Source: Candidatus Fervidifonticultor quintus
Lineage (GTDB): Bacteria; Sysuimicrobiota; Sysuimicrobiia; Sysuimicrobiales; Humicultoraceae
Direction of reading: 5' to 3'
DNA: 29,954 nucleotides
Assembly (NCBI GenBank): GCA_031459535.1
Contig: JAVKIJ010000035.1
Span: 1 to 29,954 of the forward strand
The notes beneath the pieces are model-generated. The model searched no databases. It saw only the letters and a list, made by a program, of their open reading frames with translations, and was not told the DNA's origin. Below, one piece after another: positions 17,050 to 25,116 of the stretch. The stretch's first letter is position 1. Each line of letters opens with the position of its first letter. Made by a program: the position numbers and the translations under genes.

Positions 17050-17692
17050 CCTGCGGTCGGCGGTTGCGGCCGTCGCGGTCGTCGTGTGCCTTGCAAGCGC
17101 GTCCGCGGCCCAGGCGCAGGGCACAGCGGCCGAGTGGCCGACGCTCGTGCGGCGCTACGAAGCGCAGGTGAGCCGGACGCCGGCCGATCCCGTGACGCGC
17201 TTCTCGCTGGCCATGCTCTACGCGCGGGACGGCCGGCTGTTGGACGGCTACAGGCAACTCCAGGAGGCCGATCAGGCCGCGGGCCAGGCCCGGCGGGCGG
17301 AGCTGGTACGCCAGATCGCCAAAGAGGCCGAGAGTCTGATCCGGAAAAACCCCGGGGATCTGCTCGCCCGCTATCGTCTGGCGTTCGCGCGGTATTTCAT
17401 GAGCGACCCGGCGGCTGCGGCGGCGGAGTTCGAACGGATCGTCGCCCTCGATCCCCGCAACGACTGGGGCTTCGGCTACCTCGGCCAGGCGTATGCCGCG
17501 GCGGGGCAGGAGGAGCGGGCCATCGCCGGCTGGCAGCGAGGCCTGGCGGTCAATCCCAACAATGCGGTGATCCACTACGTCCTCGGCCTGATGTACACCA
17601 AGCGGAACGACAAGAAGAAGGCCGCCGCGCACTTCGCCGCGGCCTACCGGGATCGGACGCTCTACGAGTACGTCACCGGGAACCGGCGGTGA
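17042..17692 (+). CDS. Secreted tetratricopeptide-repeat protein
   Basis: GTG at 17042. Signal-peptide-like AVAAVAVVVCLASASAAQA. TPR-like repeats (ALDPRNDWGFGYLGQAY, AVNPNNAVIHYVLGLMY). Confidence 0.8.
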   Translation: MTSLRSAVAAVAVVVCLASASAAQAQGTAAEWPTLVRRYEAQVSRTPADPVTRFSLAMLYARDGRLLDGYRQLQEADQAAGQARRAELVRQIAKEAESLIRKNPGDLLARYRLAFARYFMSDPAAAAAEFERIVALDPRNDWGFGYLGQAYAAAGQEERAIAGWQRGLAVNPNNAVIHYVLGLMYTKRNDKKKAAAHFAAAYRDRTLYEYVTGNRR

Positions 17693-18525
17693 GATCGGGC
17701 TGCAGGCACCTGGGCTTCGCGGCCGCGGTGGTGGCTACGCTGGCCTGGATGGCGACCGCCACCGCAGCGGCGCCGGCGCCGCCGTCAGCCCCGGCCCGGG
17801 CGGCTCGGGTGGAGATCAGCGCCGACGCCGTGACCGTGGACGCGGCCACCCGCGTGGTGAGGGCCACCGGCCGGGTCGCGGTCAGCGACGGCAGCACCAC
17901 GGCCAGCGCCGGCCGCGCCACGCTCTACCACCGCGAGGGCCGCGTCGTGCTGTCGGGGGACGCCCGGGTCCGAGCGCCTCAGGGTGACCTGGAGGGCCAG
18001 GAGATCACCGTCCTCTACACGCCGGCCCGGATCACCCTGGTCGTTGCGCGGGGATCGGCCACTCTCGATGCCGAGGGCGTGCTCACCTCGGCCCGGACCA
18101 TCACCATCGATCTGCAACGCGATGTGCTCCGTGCCGAGCCGGAGGTCACGCTGTTCACCCTCCCGGACGTGGTCGCCCGCGGGAGCCGCCTGACGTACGA
18201 CCGCCGGCGCCGCCTGGTGGTGCTGGAGGGACGGGCACGCGTCCAGAACCGCGACGGCTTCCTCGAGGCCGACCGGCTCGAGGGAGACCGGCGATGGGAG
18301 ATGGCGGTGGCCACGGGCGGCGTGCGTGGGGCGTTCCGTGATATCGAGGTGCGCAGCCGCAGCGGCGAGGTATTCTATGGGGAGAAGAGAGCCGTGTTCG
18401 TCGGTGAGGTCCAGCTCACGCAGCCGGGCCGGCGCCTCACGAGCGACCGGATCACCGTCTGGTACGGGGCCGGCCGTATCGTCGCAGAAGGCCAAACCTC
18501 GGTCCGGCTCGAACCACAACCCTAG
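17689..18525 (+). CDS. LptA/OstA-family beta-jellyroll periplasmic protein, probably two tandem units
   Basis: GTGA overlap and signal peptide. VEISADAVTVD...ATGRVAV, VLSGDARV, VVLEGRARV, VFVGEVQL, LTSDRITV repeats. Confidence 0.75.
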   Translation: MRSGCRHLGFAAAVVATLAWMATATAAAPAPPSAPARAARVEISADAVTVDAATRVVRATGRVAVSDGSTTASAGRATLYHREGRVVLSGDARVRAPQGDLEGQEITVLYTPARITLVVARGSATLDAEGVLTSARTITIDLQRDVLRAEPEVTLFTLPDVVARGSRLTYDRRRRLVVLEGRARVQNRDGFLEADRLEGDRRWEMAVATGGVRGAFRDIEVRSRSGEVFYGEKRAVFVGEVQLTQPGRRLTSDRITVWYGAGRIVAEGQTSVRLEPQP

Positions 18526-18576
18526 GATCGCCGTCCGGACGGGCTGGGCCGCGGCGGCGTTGGAGGAGGTAAGCAT

Positions 18577-19488
18577 ATGGTCATAGAGCGCGTCAGGCGA
18601 CCGAGTCTGGAATCGGTGCCGCTCGCGCAGGGCAAGCGCGCGCGGCTCTACCGCCTGCTCTACGAGCACGGTCCCGGGCACGGCACCATGCTCGTGCTGC
18701 CGGTGGACCAGGGCATGGAGCACGGCCCGGTGGACTTCCTGCCTAACCCGCCCAGCGAGAATCCGGACTTTCAGATCCGTCTGGCCATCGAGGGCGGGTA
18801 CTCGGCCATCGCCTTCCACTACGGCATCGCCGCCCGATACCTGGCGCCCTATGCCGGCAAGATTCCGCTGATCTTGAAGATCAACGGGAAGACCGACATC
18901 CCACCGGCGGATCGGGCGTTCTCCGGCCTGACCGGCCGCGTGGAGGACGCCGTACGCCTGGGTGCCGATGCCGTGGGCTACACCCTGTATGTGGGCTCGC
19001 CCCGGCAGGACGAAGACTTCAGGCAGCTCACCGAGGTGCGGGCCGAGTGCGATCGCTACGGCATGCCCCTCATCGTGTGGTCGTATCCCCGCGGTGAGGC
19101 CATCGAGAAGAAGGGCGGCCGCGACAGCTTGTACGCCGTGGACTACGCCGCGCGCGTGGCGACCGAGCTCGGTGCCGATGTGGTGAAGCTCAACGTCCCC
19201 ACGTTCGACCAGAAGGCCAGGGAGAGCTCGCCGAAGCCCTACAACGAGATGGTGCTCGAGTACCGGGCGGCGGTGGACAAGGTGGTGCGCAGCGCCGGGC
19301 AGACGTTCGTGCTGTTCTCCGGCGGCAGCAAGATCGGCGACCAGGACCTGCTGGAGAAGGCCCGTCTGGTCATGGAGGCCGGCGCCACAGGCCTGATCTT
19401 CGGTCGTAACATGTGGCAGCGCCCGATGGCTGACGCACTGCGGCTGACAGCGGAGATCAAGCGGTTGATGCTTGCCACGGTGGCATGA
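18577..19488 (+). CDS. Class I (DhnA/FbaB-type) aldolase, probably fructose-bisphosphate aldolase
   Basis: DQGMEHGP, KINGKT, YTLYVGS, WSYPRG, ELGADVVK (Schiff-base Lys), SGG.K, GRNMWQ. GGAGGAGG RBS. Confidence 0.88.
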   Translation: MVIERVRRPSLESVPLAQGKRARLYRLLYEHGPGHGTMLVLPVDQGMEHGPVDFLPNPPSENPDFQIRLAIEGGYSAIAFHYGIAARYLAPYAGKIPLILKINGKTDIPPADRAFSGLTGRVEDAVRLGADAVGYTLYVGSPRQDEDFRQLTEVRAECDRYGMPLIVWSYPRGEAIEKKGGRDSLYAVDYAARVATELGADVVKLNVPTFDQKARESSPKPYNEMVLEYRAAVDKVVRSAGQTFVLFSGGSKIGDQDLLEKARLVMEAGATGLIFGRNMWQRPMADALRLTAEIKRLMLATVA

Positions 19489-19510
19489 ACGTGGCGGTGC
19501 GGGGCACGAG

Positions 19511-20626
19511 GTGAGGACCCGTCGTCCGTCGGCGGTCCGGACCTCACTCGCGCCCCTCCAGGCACTGGTTGACAACCCTCTGCCGGCGGAAATTCCCGGC
19601 AGATTCGTGGGCCTGATCGGCGCGCAGCCGTCGGTCTACTCGCGCAGTCCCCAGATTTGGAGGCCGGCGCTGGGGTACCTCGGGCTCGACGCGGAGTATC
19701 TTGCGCTCGACGTGCCCGGTGATCGGCTGGGCGACGTCCTGGCCGCTCTCCGTTCCATGCCGGCCTGCCTGGGCGCCAACGTCACGGTACCGTACAAAGA
19801 GGCCGCAATTCCCCACCTCGATGAGCTTGAGCCGGCGGCAGAGGCCATCGGCGCGGTGAACACCATCGTGCGCACCGGCGACGGGCGGCTGGTCGGCGCC
19901 AACACCGACGGCGTGGGCCTGGTGGCGGCGCTGCTCTGCGAGGGTGAGGGCGGCCCGCTGGTCGACGCGCTCTATGGGTTGACCGTGCTCTTGATCGGCG
20001 CTGGCGGCGCGGCGCGCGCCGCGGCGGTGGCCCTGGCGCCGCTACTGGGCACCGGGGAGCTGCTAGTGACGGATCGGACGCCCGAGCGGGCGGCAGAGGT
20101 GGTATCGCGCGCGGCCGCCAGCGGCCGCGCGCGAGCCGTGCCCGACGAGGAGCTGGAGACCATCTTGCCCGCAGTCGGGCTGGTGATCAACGCGTCGGTG
20201 AGGGGTCAGAGCGGCATCCGCAAGGGCTCGGGGGGTTGGACCTGCCTAGAGCCCTACTCGGCCCTGGCGCCCGCATCGCCGGCTGTGCTGCCGCCGATGG
20301 CCGAATCGGTGTTCGAACGGGAGTGGGCCGCGCGCGCCGCCTCAGACATCGAGGCCAACCACACCCGCTCGCGGGCCCGGATGCGGCTGCTCCCGCCCGA
20401 GGCTGCGGTGTTCGACATGGTATACGCCCCGCCGGTGACCACCACCATCCGCCATGCCCGGGAGGTCGGGCTGCGGGCGGCCGGTGGACGCTGGATGATG
20501 ATCGTGCAGGCAGCCGAGGCGTGCGTGTCCCACATCTGCGGCCGCCTCGTCGCCGCTCGGGGACTCGACCGCGAGGTGGCCCGGCGCGACGTGCGTCAGG
20601 TGATGGCGGCGGCCTGGCCGCCATAG
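19511..20626 (+). CDS. Shikimate/quinate dehydrogenase-family protein (AroE-like) with a large insertion
   Basis: SRSP, GANVTVPYKE, GAVNTI, NTDGVG, GAGGAARA, DMVYAP..T, QAAEA. Start uncertain (GTG 19511). Confidence 0.8.
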   Translation: MRTRRPSAVRTSLAPLQALVDNPLPAEIPGRFVGLIGAQPSVYSRSPQIWRPALGYLGLDAEYLALDVPGDRLGDVLAALRSMPACLGANVTVPYKEAAIPHLDELEPAAEAIGAVNTIVRTGDGRLVGANTDGVGLVAALLCEGEGGPLVDALYGLTVLLIGAGGAARAAAVALAPLLGTGELLVTDRTPERAAEVVSRAAASGRARAVPDEELETILPAVGLVINASVRGQSGIRKGSGGWTCLEPYSALAPASPAVLPPMAESVFEREWAARAASDIEANHTRSRARMRLLPPEAAVFDMVYAPPVTTTIRHAREVGLRAAGGRWMMIVQAAEACVSHICGRLVAARGLDREVARRDVRQVMAAAWPP

Positions 20627-20636
20627 GGGCGACGCG

Positions 20637-21665
20637 ATGCGTGCCGTCCGTATCCATCGGCACGGCGGACCCGAGGAGTTGGTGCTGGAGGATGCCCCAG
20701 AACCGACGGTGGGCCCCACCGACGTGCTCGTCTCGATCCGCGCCGTGGCCCTGAACCACATCGATCTCTGGGTGCGCGGGGGGCTACCTCGCCTGCGTCT
20801 GACGTTCCCCCACATTCTGGGCGCCGACGTCGCCGGCGTGGTCGCCGCGGTGGGCGAAGCGGTGCGAGGCGTGCAGCCGGGCGACGAGGTCATCCTCTCG
20901 CCAGGCGTCTCGTGCGGTCAGTGCGCTGCGTGTACGGCAGGCGACGATACCCTCTGCGAGACCTACTCCATTCTCGGGGAGCACATCCCGGGTGGGTACG
21001 CGGAGCGGATCGCGGTGCCCGGCATCAACGTGCTGCCCAAACCGGCGCGGCTCTCGTTCGAGGAGGCCGCTGCGGTGCCGCTGGTGTTCCTCACCGCGTG
21101 GAACATGCTGGTAACCCACGGACGTATCACCGCGCAAGACACCGTATTGATCTGGGGGGCGGGTAGCGGGGTGGGCAGTGCCGCGGTGCAGATCGCGCGC
21201 ATGCACGGCGCGACAGTGATCGCCACCGCAGGCGCACCGTGGAAACTGGAACGGACCCGGGAACTGGGCGCCGACCATGTGATCAACCATGCCCGGCAGA
21301 ACGTCTACGAGGAAGTAAGGGCCCTGACGGGTCGGCGCGGCGTGGACATCGTGGTGGATCACGTGGGCGCGGCGACATGGGAGACCAGCCTCAAGTCCCT
21401 GGCAAAGGGCGGGCGGTTGGTGACCTGTGGCGCCACCGCAGGCGCAGAGGCCACCACCGACATCCGTTACATCTACGCCCGCCAGCTCGCGATCCTCGGC
21501 ACGTGGCTGGGCGCCAAGCGGGAGATGCGCCAGGTCCTGCGGCACGTGGAGGCCGGGCGGCTCCGCCCTGTGATCCACACCGTGATGCCCCTGGCCCAGG
21601 CCGCTGACGCGCATGGCATCATGGAGCGGCGCGAGCACTTCGGCAAGATCGTGCTGGTGGTGTGA
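20637..21665 (+). CDS. MDR-family zinc-binding oxidoreductase (quinone/enoyl reductase-like)
   Basis: LNHIDLW and GAD replace the catalytic Zn ligands. Structural CGQCAAC..C is retained. GAGSGVG, HFGKIVL. Confidence 0.88.
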   Translation: MRAVRIHRHGGPEELVLEDAPEPTVGPTDVLVSIRAVALNHIDLWVRGGLPRLRLTFPHILGADVAGVVAAVGEAVRGVQPGDEVILSPGVSCGQCAACTAGDDTLCETYSILGEHIPGGYAERIAVPGINVLPKPARLSFEEAAAVPLVFLTAWNMLVTHGRITAQDTVLIWGAGSGVGSAAVQIARMHGATVIATAGAPWKLERTRELGADHVINHARQNVYEEVRALTGRRGVDIVVDHVGAATWETSLKSLAKGGRLVTCGATAGAEATTDIRYIYARQLAILGTWLGAKREMRQVLRHVEAGRLRPVIHTVMPLAQAADAHGIMERREHFGKIVLVV

Positions 21666-21676
21666 CCGGAGGGTGT

Positions 21677-22363
21677 CTACGCCGGTGAGGCGTCGTCCTG
21701 GCGGATCCACTCGCTCCCGTCGGCCCAGACCTCTTTCTTCCAGATGGGCACGGTCTGCTTGAGTGTGTCGATGGCGAACCGGCCAGCCTCGAAGGCCTCG
21801 CGGCGGTGGGGGGCTGCTACGGCGATGGCCACGCTGATCTCGCCGATCGCGAGCGTGCCCAGGCGGTGCACCATCGCGATGCGCACGCCCCAGCGTGCGG
21901 CGGCATGCGCCGCGATGCGGGCCATCTCCCGCCGGGCCAGGGTGTCGTACGCCTCATACTCGAGGTGGTGGACGTCTCGGCCGCGTGAGTGCCGGCGCAC
22001 CGTCCCCAGGAAGACGACGACGGCGCCGGCGCCCGGATGCCGGACGGCGGCCAGCAAGGCGTCCAGGCTGATGGGGTCCCGAACCAGGTCGATGAGGGGC
22101 TCGGTCACCTGGGGCATCTGGCCGCCGCTGACCGGCGCGATCAGGGCCACGCGGTCGCCGTCGCGCAGGGCGCGGTCGCCGGGAGAGACCGTGTCGTTGA
22201 CCGCAACCGCAGTCGGCGCGGTCACCGTGAGGAGCGCCGGGTGGTGCTCGGCGAGCAGGCGCCAGACCTCTCCGGCGGTGGTGCCCTCAGGGACCCACAG
22301 GGTCGTGGTAGGGGAGCCGACGGCTTCCCTGTGCGCGGCGAAGAGGTGAACGGTAATGTGCAT
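21677..22363 (-). CDS. moaX: Fused molybdopterin synthase MoaD-MoaE (MoaX-type)
   Basis: LFA, AVND, DGDRVALIAPVSGG (MoaD), then GAVVVFLGTVR, LEYEAY, HRLG, APHRREAF, PIWKKE (MoaE). Confidence 0.92.
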   Translation of the reverse strand: MHITVHLFAAHREAVGSPTTTLWVPEGTTAGEVWRLLAEHHPALLTVTAPTAVAVNDTVSPGDRALRDGDRVALIAPVSGGQMPQVTEPLIDLVRDPISLDALLAAVRHPGAGAVVVFLGTVRRHSRGRDVHHLEYEAYDTLARREMARIAAHAAARWGVRIAMVHRLGTLAIGEISVAIAVAAPHRREAFEAGRFAIDTLKQTVPIWKKEVWADGSEWIRQDDASPA

Positions 22364-23252
22364 GGCCCCGACTGTGGAAACTCAGGCGCATCGTAACACG
22401 CAGGGTGCGCGCCGGCAAGCGAGCGCACCGGCCCTCCGTCGCCGTCGCGCGCTGCGCGTGGCCGGGGTGGTGCTGGTCGCGTTGGGCCTGCTGCTGGGTC
22501 TGCCGCAGCCGCCGGCAGATGCGGCGTTCATCGGTCCCGACCAGGAGATCCGCATCGGCCGGCAGGCCGCCGAGCAGCTCGAGGCCGAGGTGGGGTTGGC
22601 CGCCGACACCGCACAGGCGGCGCGCCTGGCGGCCATCGGCCGGCGCATCACGGCCGTCTCGGATCGGCCCGGGCTGCCCTACACCTTCAAAGTACTACGT
22701 GGCAGGGAAGTCAACGCCATCTCGCTGCCGGGCGGCTTCATTTACGCCACCGAGGGCTTGATACGGTTCGCGCAGTCGGACGACGAGCTGGCCTTCGTGA
22801 TGGCACACGAGGTGGGTCACGTGGCCGCGCGACACCATGTGGCCATGATCGAACGGCACTTCCTGATGGGCCTGCTGGCCGGCCTGCTCCTGGGGCGAGA
22901 CGCGACCGCCGCGCAGATCGGCGAGATCCTGCGGTTCCTGCTCTCGCGGGGGTTCTCCCGCGAGAACGAGTTCGCCGCCGACCGCCTGGGCGTGCGCTAC
23001 GCCCACCGCGCCGGCTTCGATGCCTCGGCGGGCCTGGGATTCATGCAACGTTTGCGGGTGGCCGAGGGCCGCGACCCGAGCCAGGTCGAGGTCTTGCTGC
23101 GGACGCACCCGGCGCTGACCGATCGGATCCAGCGGGTCCGCGAGGAACTCCGCGACCTCGGATACCGCGCGGAAGGCCACGGGCATCCGCAGCGGGCTCG
23201 CACGGACAGGCGAATCTTGCAGGGGTCGGCGCGGGTGCCAGGGAGGACATGA
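22362..23252 (+). CDS. Exported M48-family Zn metallopeptidase (start uncertain)
   Basis: Basic then hydrophobic signal segment. QEIRIG, VNAISLPGG, HEVGH, FSRENEFAAD, THP. Confidence 0.88.
   Translation: MAPTVETQAHRNTQGARRQASAPALRRRRALRVAGVVLVALGLLLGLPQPPADAAFIGPDQEIRIGRQAAEQLEAEVGLAADTAQAARLAAIGRRITAVSDRPGLPYTFKVLRGREVNAISLPGGFIYATEGLIRFAQSDDELAFVMAHEVGHVAARHHVAMIERHFLMGLLAGLLLGRDATAAQIGEILRFLLSRGFSRENEFAADRLGVRYAHRAGFDASAGLGFMQRLRVAEGRDPSQVEVLLRTHPALTDRIQRVREELRDLGYRAEGHGHPQRARTDRRILQGSARVPGRT
22390..22398 (-). promoter_or_regulatory. Candidate extended -10 for moaD-moaE
   Basis: The minus strand reads TGtTACGAT about 26 nt upstream of the ATG. Confidence 0.4.
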
Positions 23253-23764
23253 GCAGGATGCTGGATCCTGTGCAACTGAACGAGCACCTGCGGGGGCTGG
23301 CCCGGCGCTACGCAGAGGTTCTGCAGGAGCGACTCGGGCCATCGTTGATTTCGGTGGTGCTCTTTGGCTCCGTGGCCCGTGGTGAGGCGGGCGTGCAGTC
23401 AGACATCGACCTGCTGGTGATCGCGTCCGATCTTCCACAGGGCCGACTGGCGCGCCAGGACTTGGTCAGCGACGCTGATACTCGGTTGGACCCGGAGCTT
23501 TGCGATCTCAGACAGCAGGGAGTCTTGGTGGACTTCAGTCCGATCCTGAAGACCCCGTCAGAGACGCTGCGGCTGCCCCCGATGTTCCTGGACCTGGTGG
23601 ATGACGCCGTCGTCCTCTACGACCGCGACGGGTTTTTCCCGGGCGTGCTGGCCCGCCTGCGCGCCTCCTTGGCCCGCCTCGGGGCTCGCCGGGTGCGGCG
23701 GGGCGCGCTGCGGTACTGGGAGCTGAAGCCGGACTACAGGCCTGGGGAGATCTTCGAGCTGTGA
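23249..23764 (+). CDS. Minimal nucleotidyltransferase (MNT) domain protein
   Basis: LFGSVARGEAGVQSDID matches GSX10DXD. ATGA overlap with the M48 stop. Confidence 0.88.
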   Translation: MSRMLDPVQLNEHLRGLARRYAEVLQERLGPSLISVVLFGSVARGEAGVQSDIDLLVIASDLPQGRLARQDLVSDADTRLDPELCDLRQQGVLVDFSPILKTPSETLRLPPMFLDLVDDAVVLYDRDGFFPGVLARLRASLARLGARRVRRGALRYWELKPDYRPGEIFEL

Positions 23765-24186
23765 CCAACCGGGAGATGGCCGACGGCTACCTCACCCAGG
23801 CGGGCGAGATCCTCGTCGAAGCGCGCGGTGCCCTGAAGCGAGGGGTCTGGAACCTCGTGGTTCGCAGATGTCAGGAGGTCGTGGAGCTGGCGCTCAAAGC
23901 CGCCCTCCGCCTTACGGGGGTCGAGGTGCCGCGCGTGCACGATGTGGGCGTCATCCTGCGCGATCACAGCATGAAGTTTCCGGAGCCCTTTCGGGAGGAG
24001 ATCGACCGCATGGCGTCCATCTCGCGCCGGCTGCGCCGGGAGCGTGAGGCGAGTTTCTACGGCGATGATGAGACCGGCGCACCCCCACAGAGGCTGTACA
24101 CGAAGGACGACGCGCAACGGGCCTTCCAGGACGCCGCCTTCGTCCTCGAACGATGCCGCCAGCTGGCCCAGGGGGCGCAGCGCTGA
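23761..24186 (+). CDS. HEPN domain protein
   Basis: Helical. CQEVVELALKAAL, PRVHDVG, REASFYGD, YTKDDA. GTGA-coupled to the MNT gene. Confidence 0.85.
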   Translation: MTNREMADGYLTQAGEILVEARGALKRGVWNLVVRRCQEVVELALKAALRLTGVEVPRVHDVGVILRDHSMKFPEPFREEIDRMASISRRLRREREASFYGDDETGAPPQRLYTKDDAQRAFQDAAFVLERCRQLAQGAQR

Positions 24187-24212
24187 TGCGGATGGGGCTC
24201 CGCTAGCCACCT

Positions 24213-25112
24213 GTGCGCATCCGTGACCCCTACGCCTCACCGGGCGCCTGGCGCAAGGCGCAGCTGCACTGCCACACACGCCGCTCCGATGGGCGCTTTG
24301 AACCCGCGGACCTGGCCCGGCGCTACCGCGACGTGGGCTATGCGTTTGTGTGCTTCACCGATCACGACACCGTCACGCGCTGTGACGACGTGAACGATGC
24401 CGAATTCCTGGCGCTGCCCGGCGTGGAGGAGACGGTGGTGCGGGGCATACCGCCCCTGGGACCGCACCTGGGCCGGCTCCTGGTGGACGAGGTGCTCGGT
24501 CAAGGAACGGCGGAACAGCGCGTCGCGGCCACGCTCGCGGCCGGCGGCGTGCCGTGCCTGCACCACCCGTCGTGGACGGGTAACCTGTGGACCGGTGCCT
24601 GGAGCGCCCGGGCCATGGCCTCGCTGCCGGGGCCGTTCCTCGTGGAGATCTGGAATCCTCACTCCCGACCGGAGGAGGATGCGCGGCGGTGGCTGTGGGC
24701 GGTGCGCGCCCACGGGCCCGAGGTCTTCGTGGGGGCCGCAGCCGGCGACGACTGCCACCGCGCGTCGCAGTTCGATCGCGCGTGGGTGGTGGTGAAGGTG
24801 CCTGCCGTCAGTGCAGTTGCGTTGCGAGAGGCGCTCCTGGCCGGGGCGTTCTACGCCAGTACCGGGGTCGAAGCCGAGTTCGGCGCCGTGGACGGGGCGA
24901 TCACGGTGCGCGCCGACGCCGACGAGGTCCGGGTCACGGACGCCGCCGGCCGAGTGCGCGCCACCATCCGCGGCGGCAGTGGGAGGTACATCCCGGCGGG
25001 CGACGAGGGGTTCGTTCACCTGGAGTGCCGGGCCGGCGACCACCGCGCGTGGAGCCAGGTCTTCTGGGTCGGTTCGATTCCCACCGGAAGACTGGCGCGG
25101 GCGAGATCATGA
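24213..25112 (+). CDS. PHP-family metallohydrolase (CehA/McbA-like)
   Basis: LHCHTRRSDG, FTDHD, HHP, EIWN, GDDCH, ALLAGAFYASTG. Confidence 0.85.
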   Translation: MRIRDPYASPGAWRKAQLHCHTRRSDGRFEPADLARRYRDVGYAFVCFTDHDTVTRCDDVNDAEFLALPGVEETVVRGIPPLGPHLGRLLVDEVLGQGTAEQRVAATLAAGGVPCLHHPSWTGNLWTGAWSARAMASLPGPFLVEIWNPHSRPEEDARRWLWAVRAHGPEVFVGAAAGDDCHRASQFDRAWVVVKVPAVSAVALREALLAGAFYASTGVEAEFGAVDGAITVRADADEVRVTDAAGRVRATIRGGSGRYIPAGDEGFVHLECRAGDHRAWSQVFWVGSIPTGRLARARS

Positions 25113-25116
25113 GAGC

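Noticed and set aside
15691-17688. Long N-terminal extensions of the mrp, TPR and LptA ORFs (also FNR, ADH1, rtcB, wzx)
   Set aside because: The ORF track takes the most upstream start. RBS position, coupling and domain boundaries support the later starts.
17785-19575. 596 aa minus-strand ORF and similar Arg/Pro/Gly-rich alternative-frame ORFs throughout
   Set aside because: They overlap well-supported genes and their composition reflects GC-rich codon bias.
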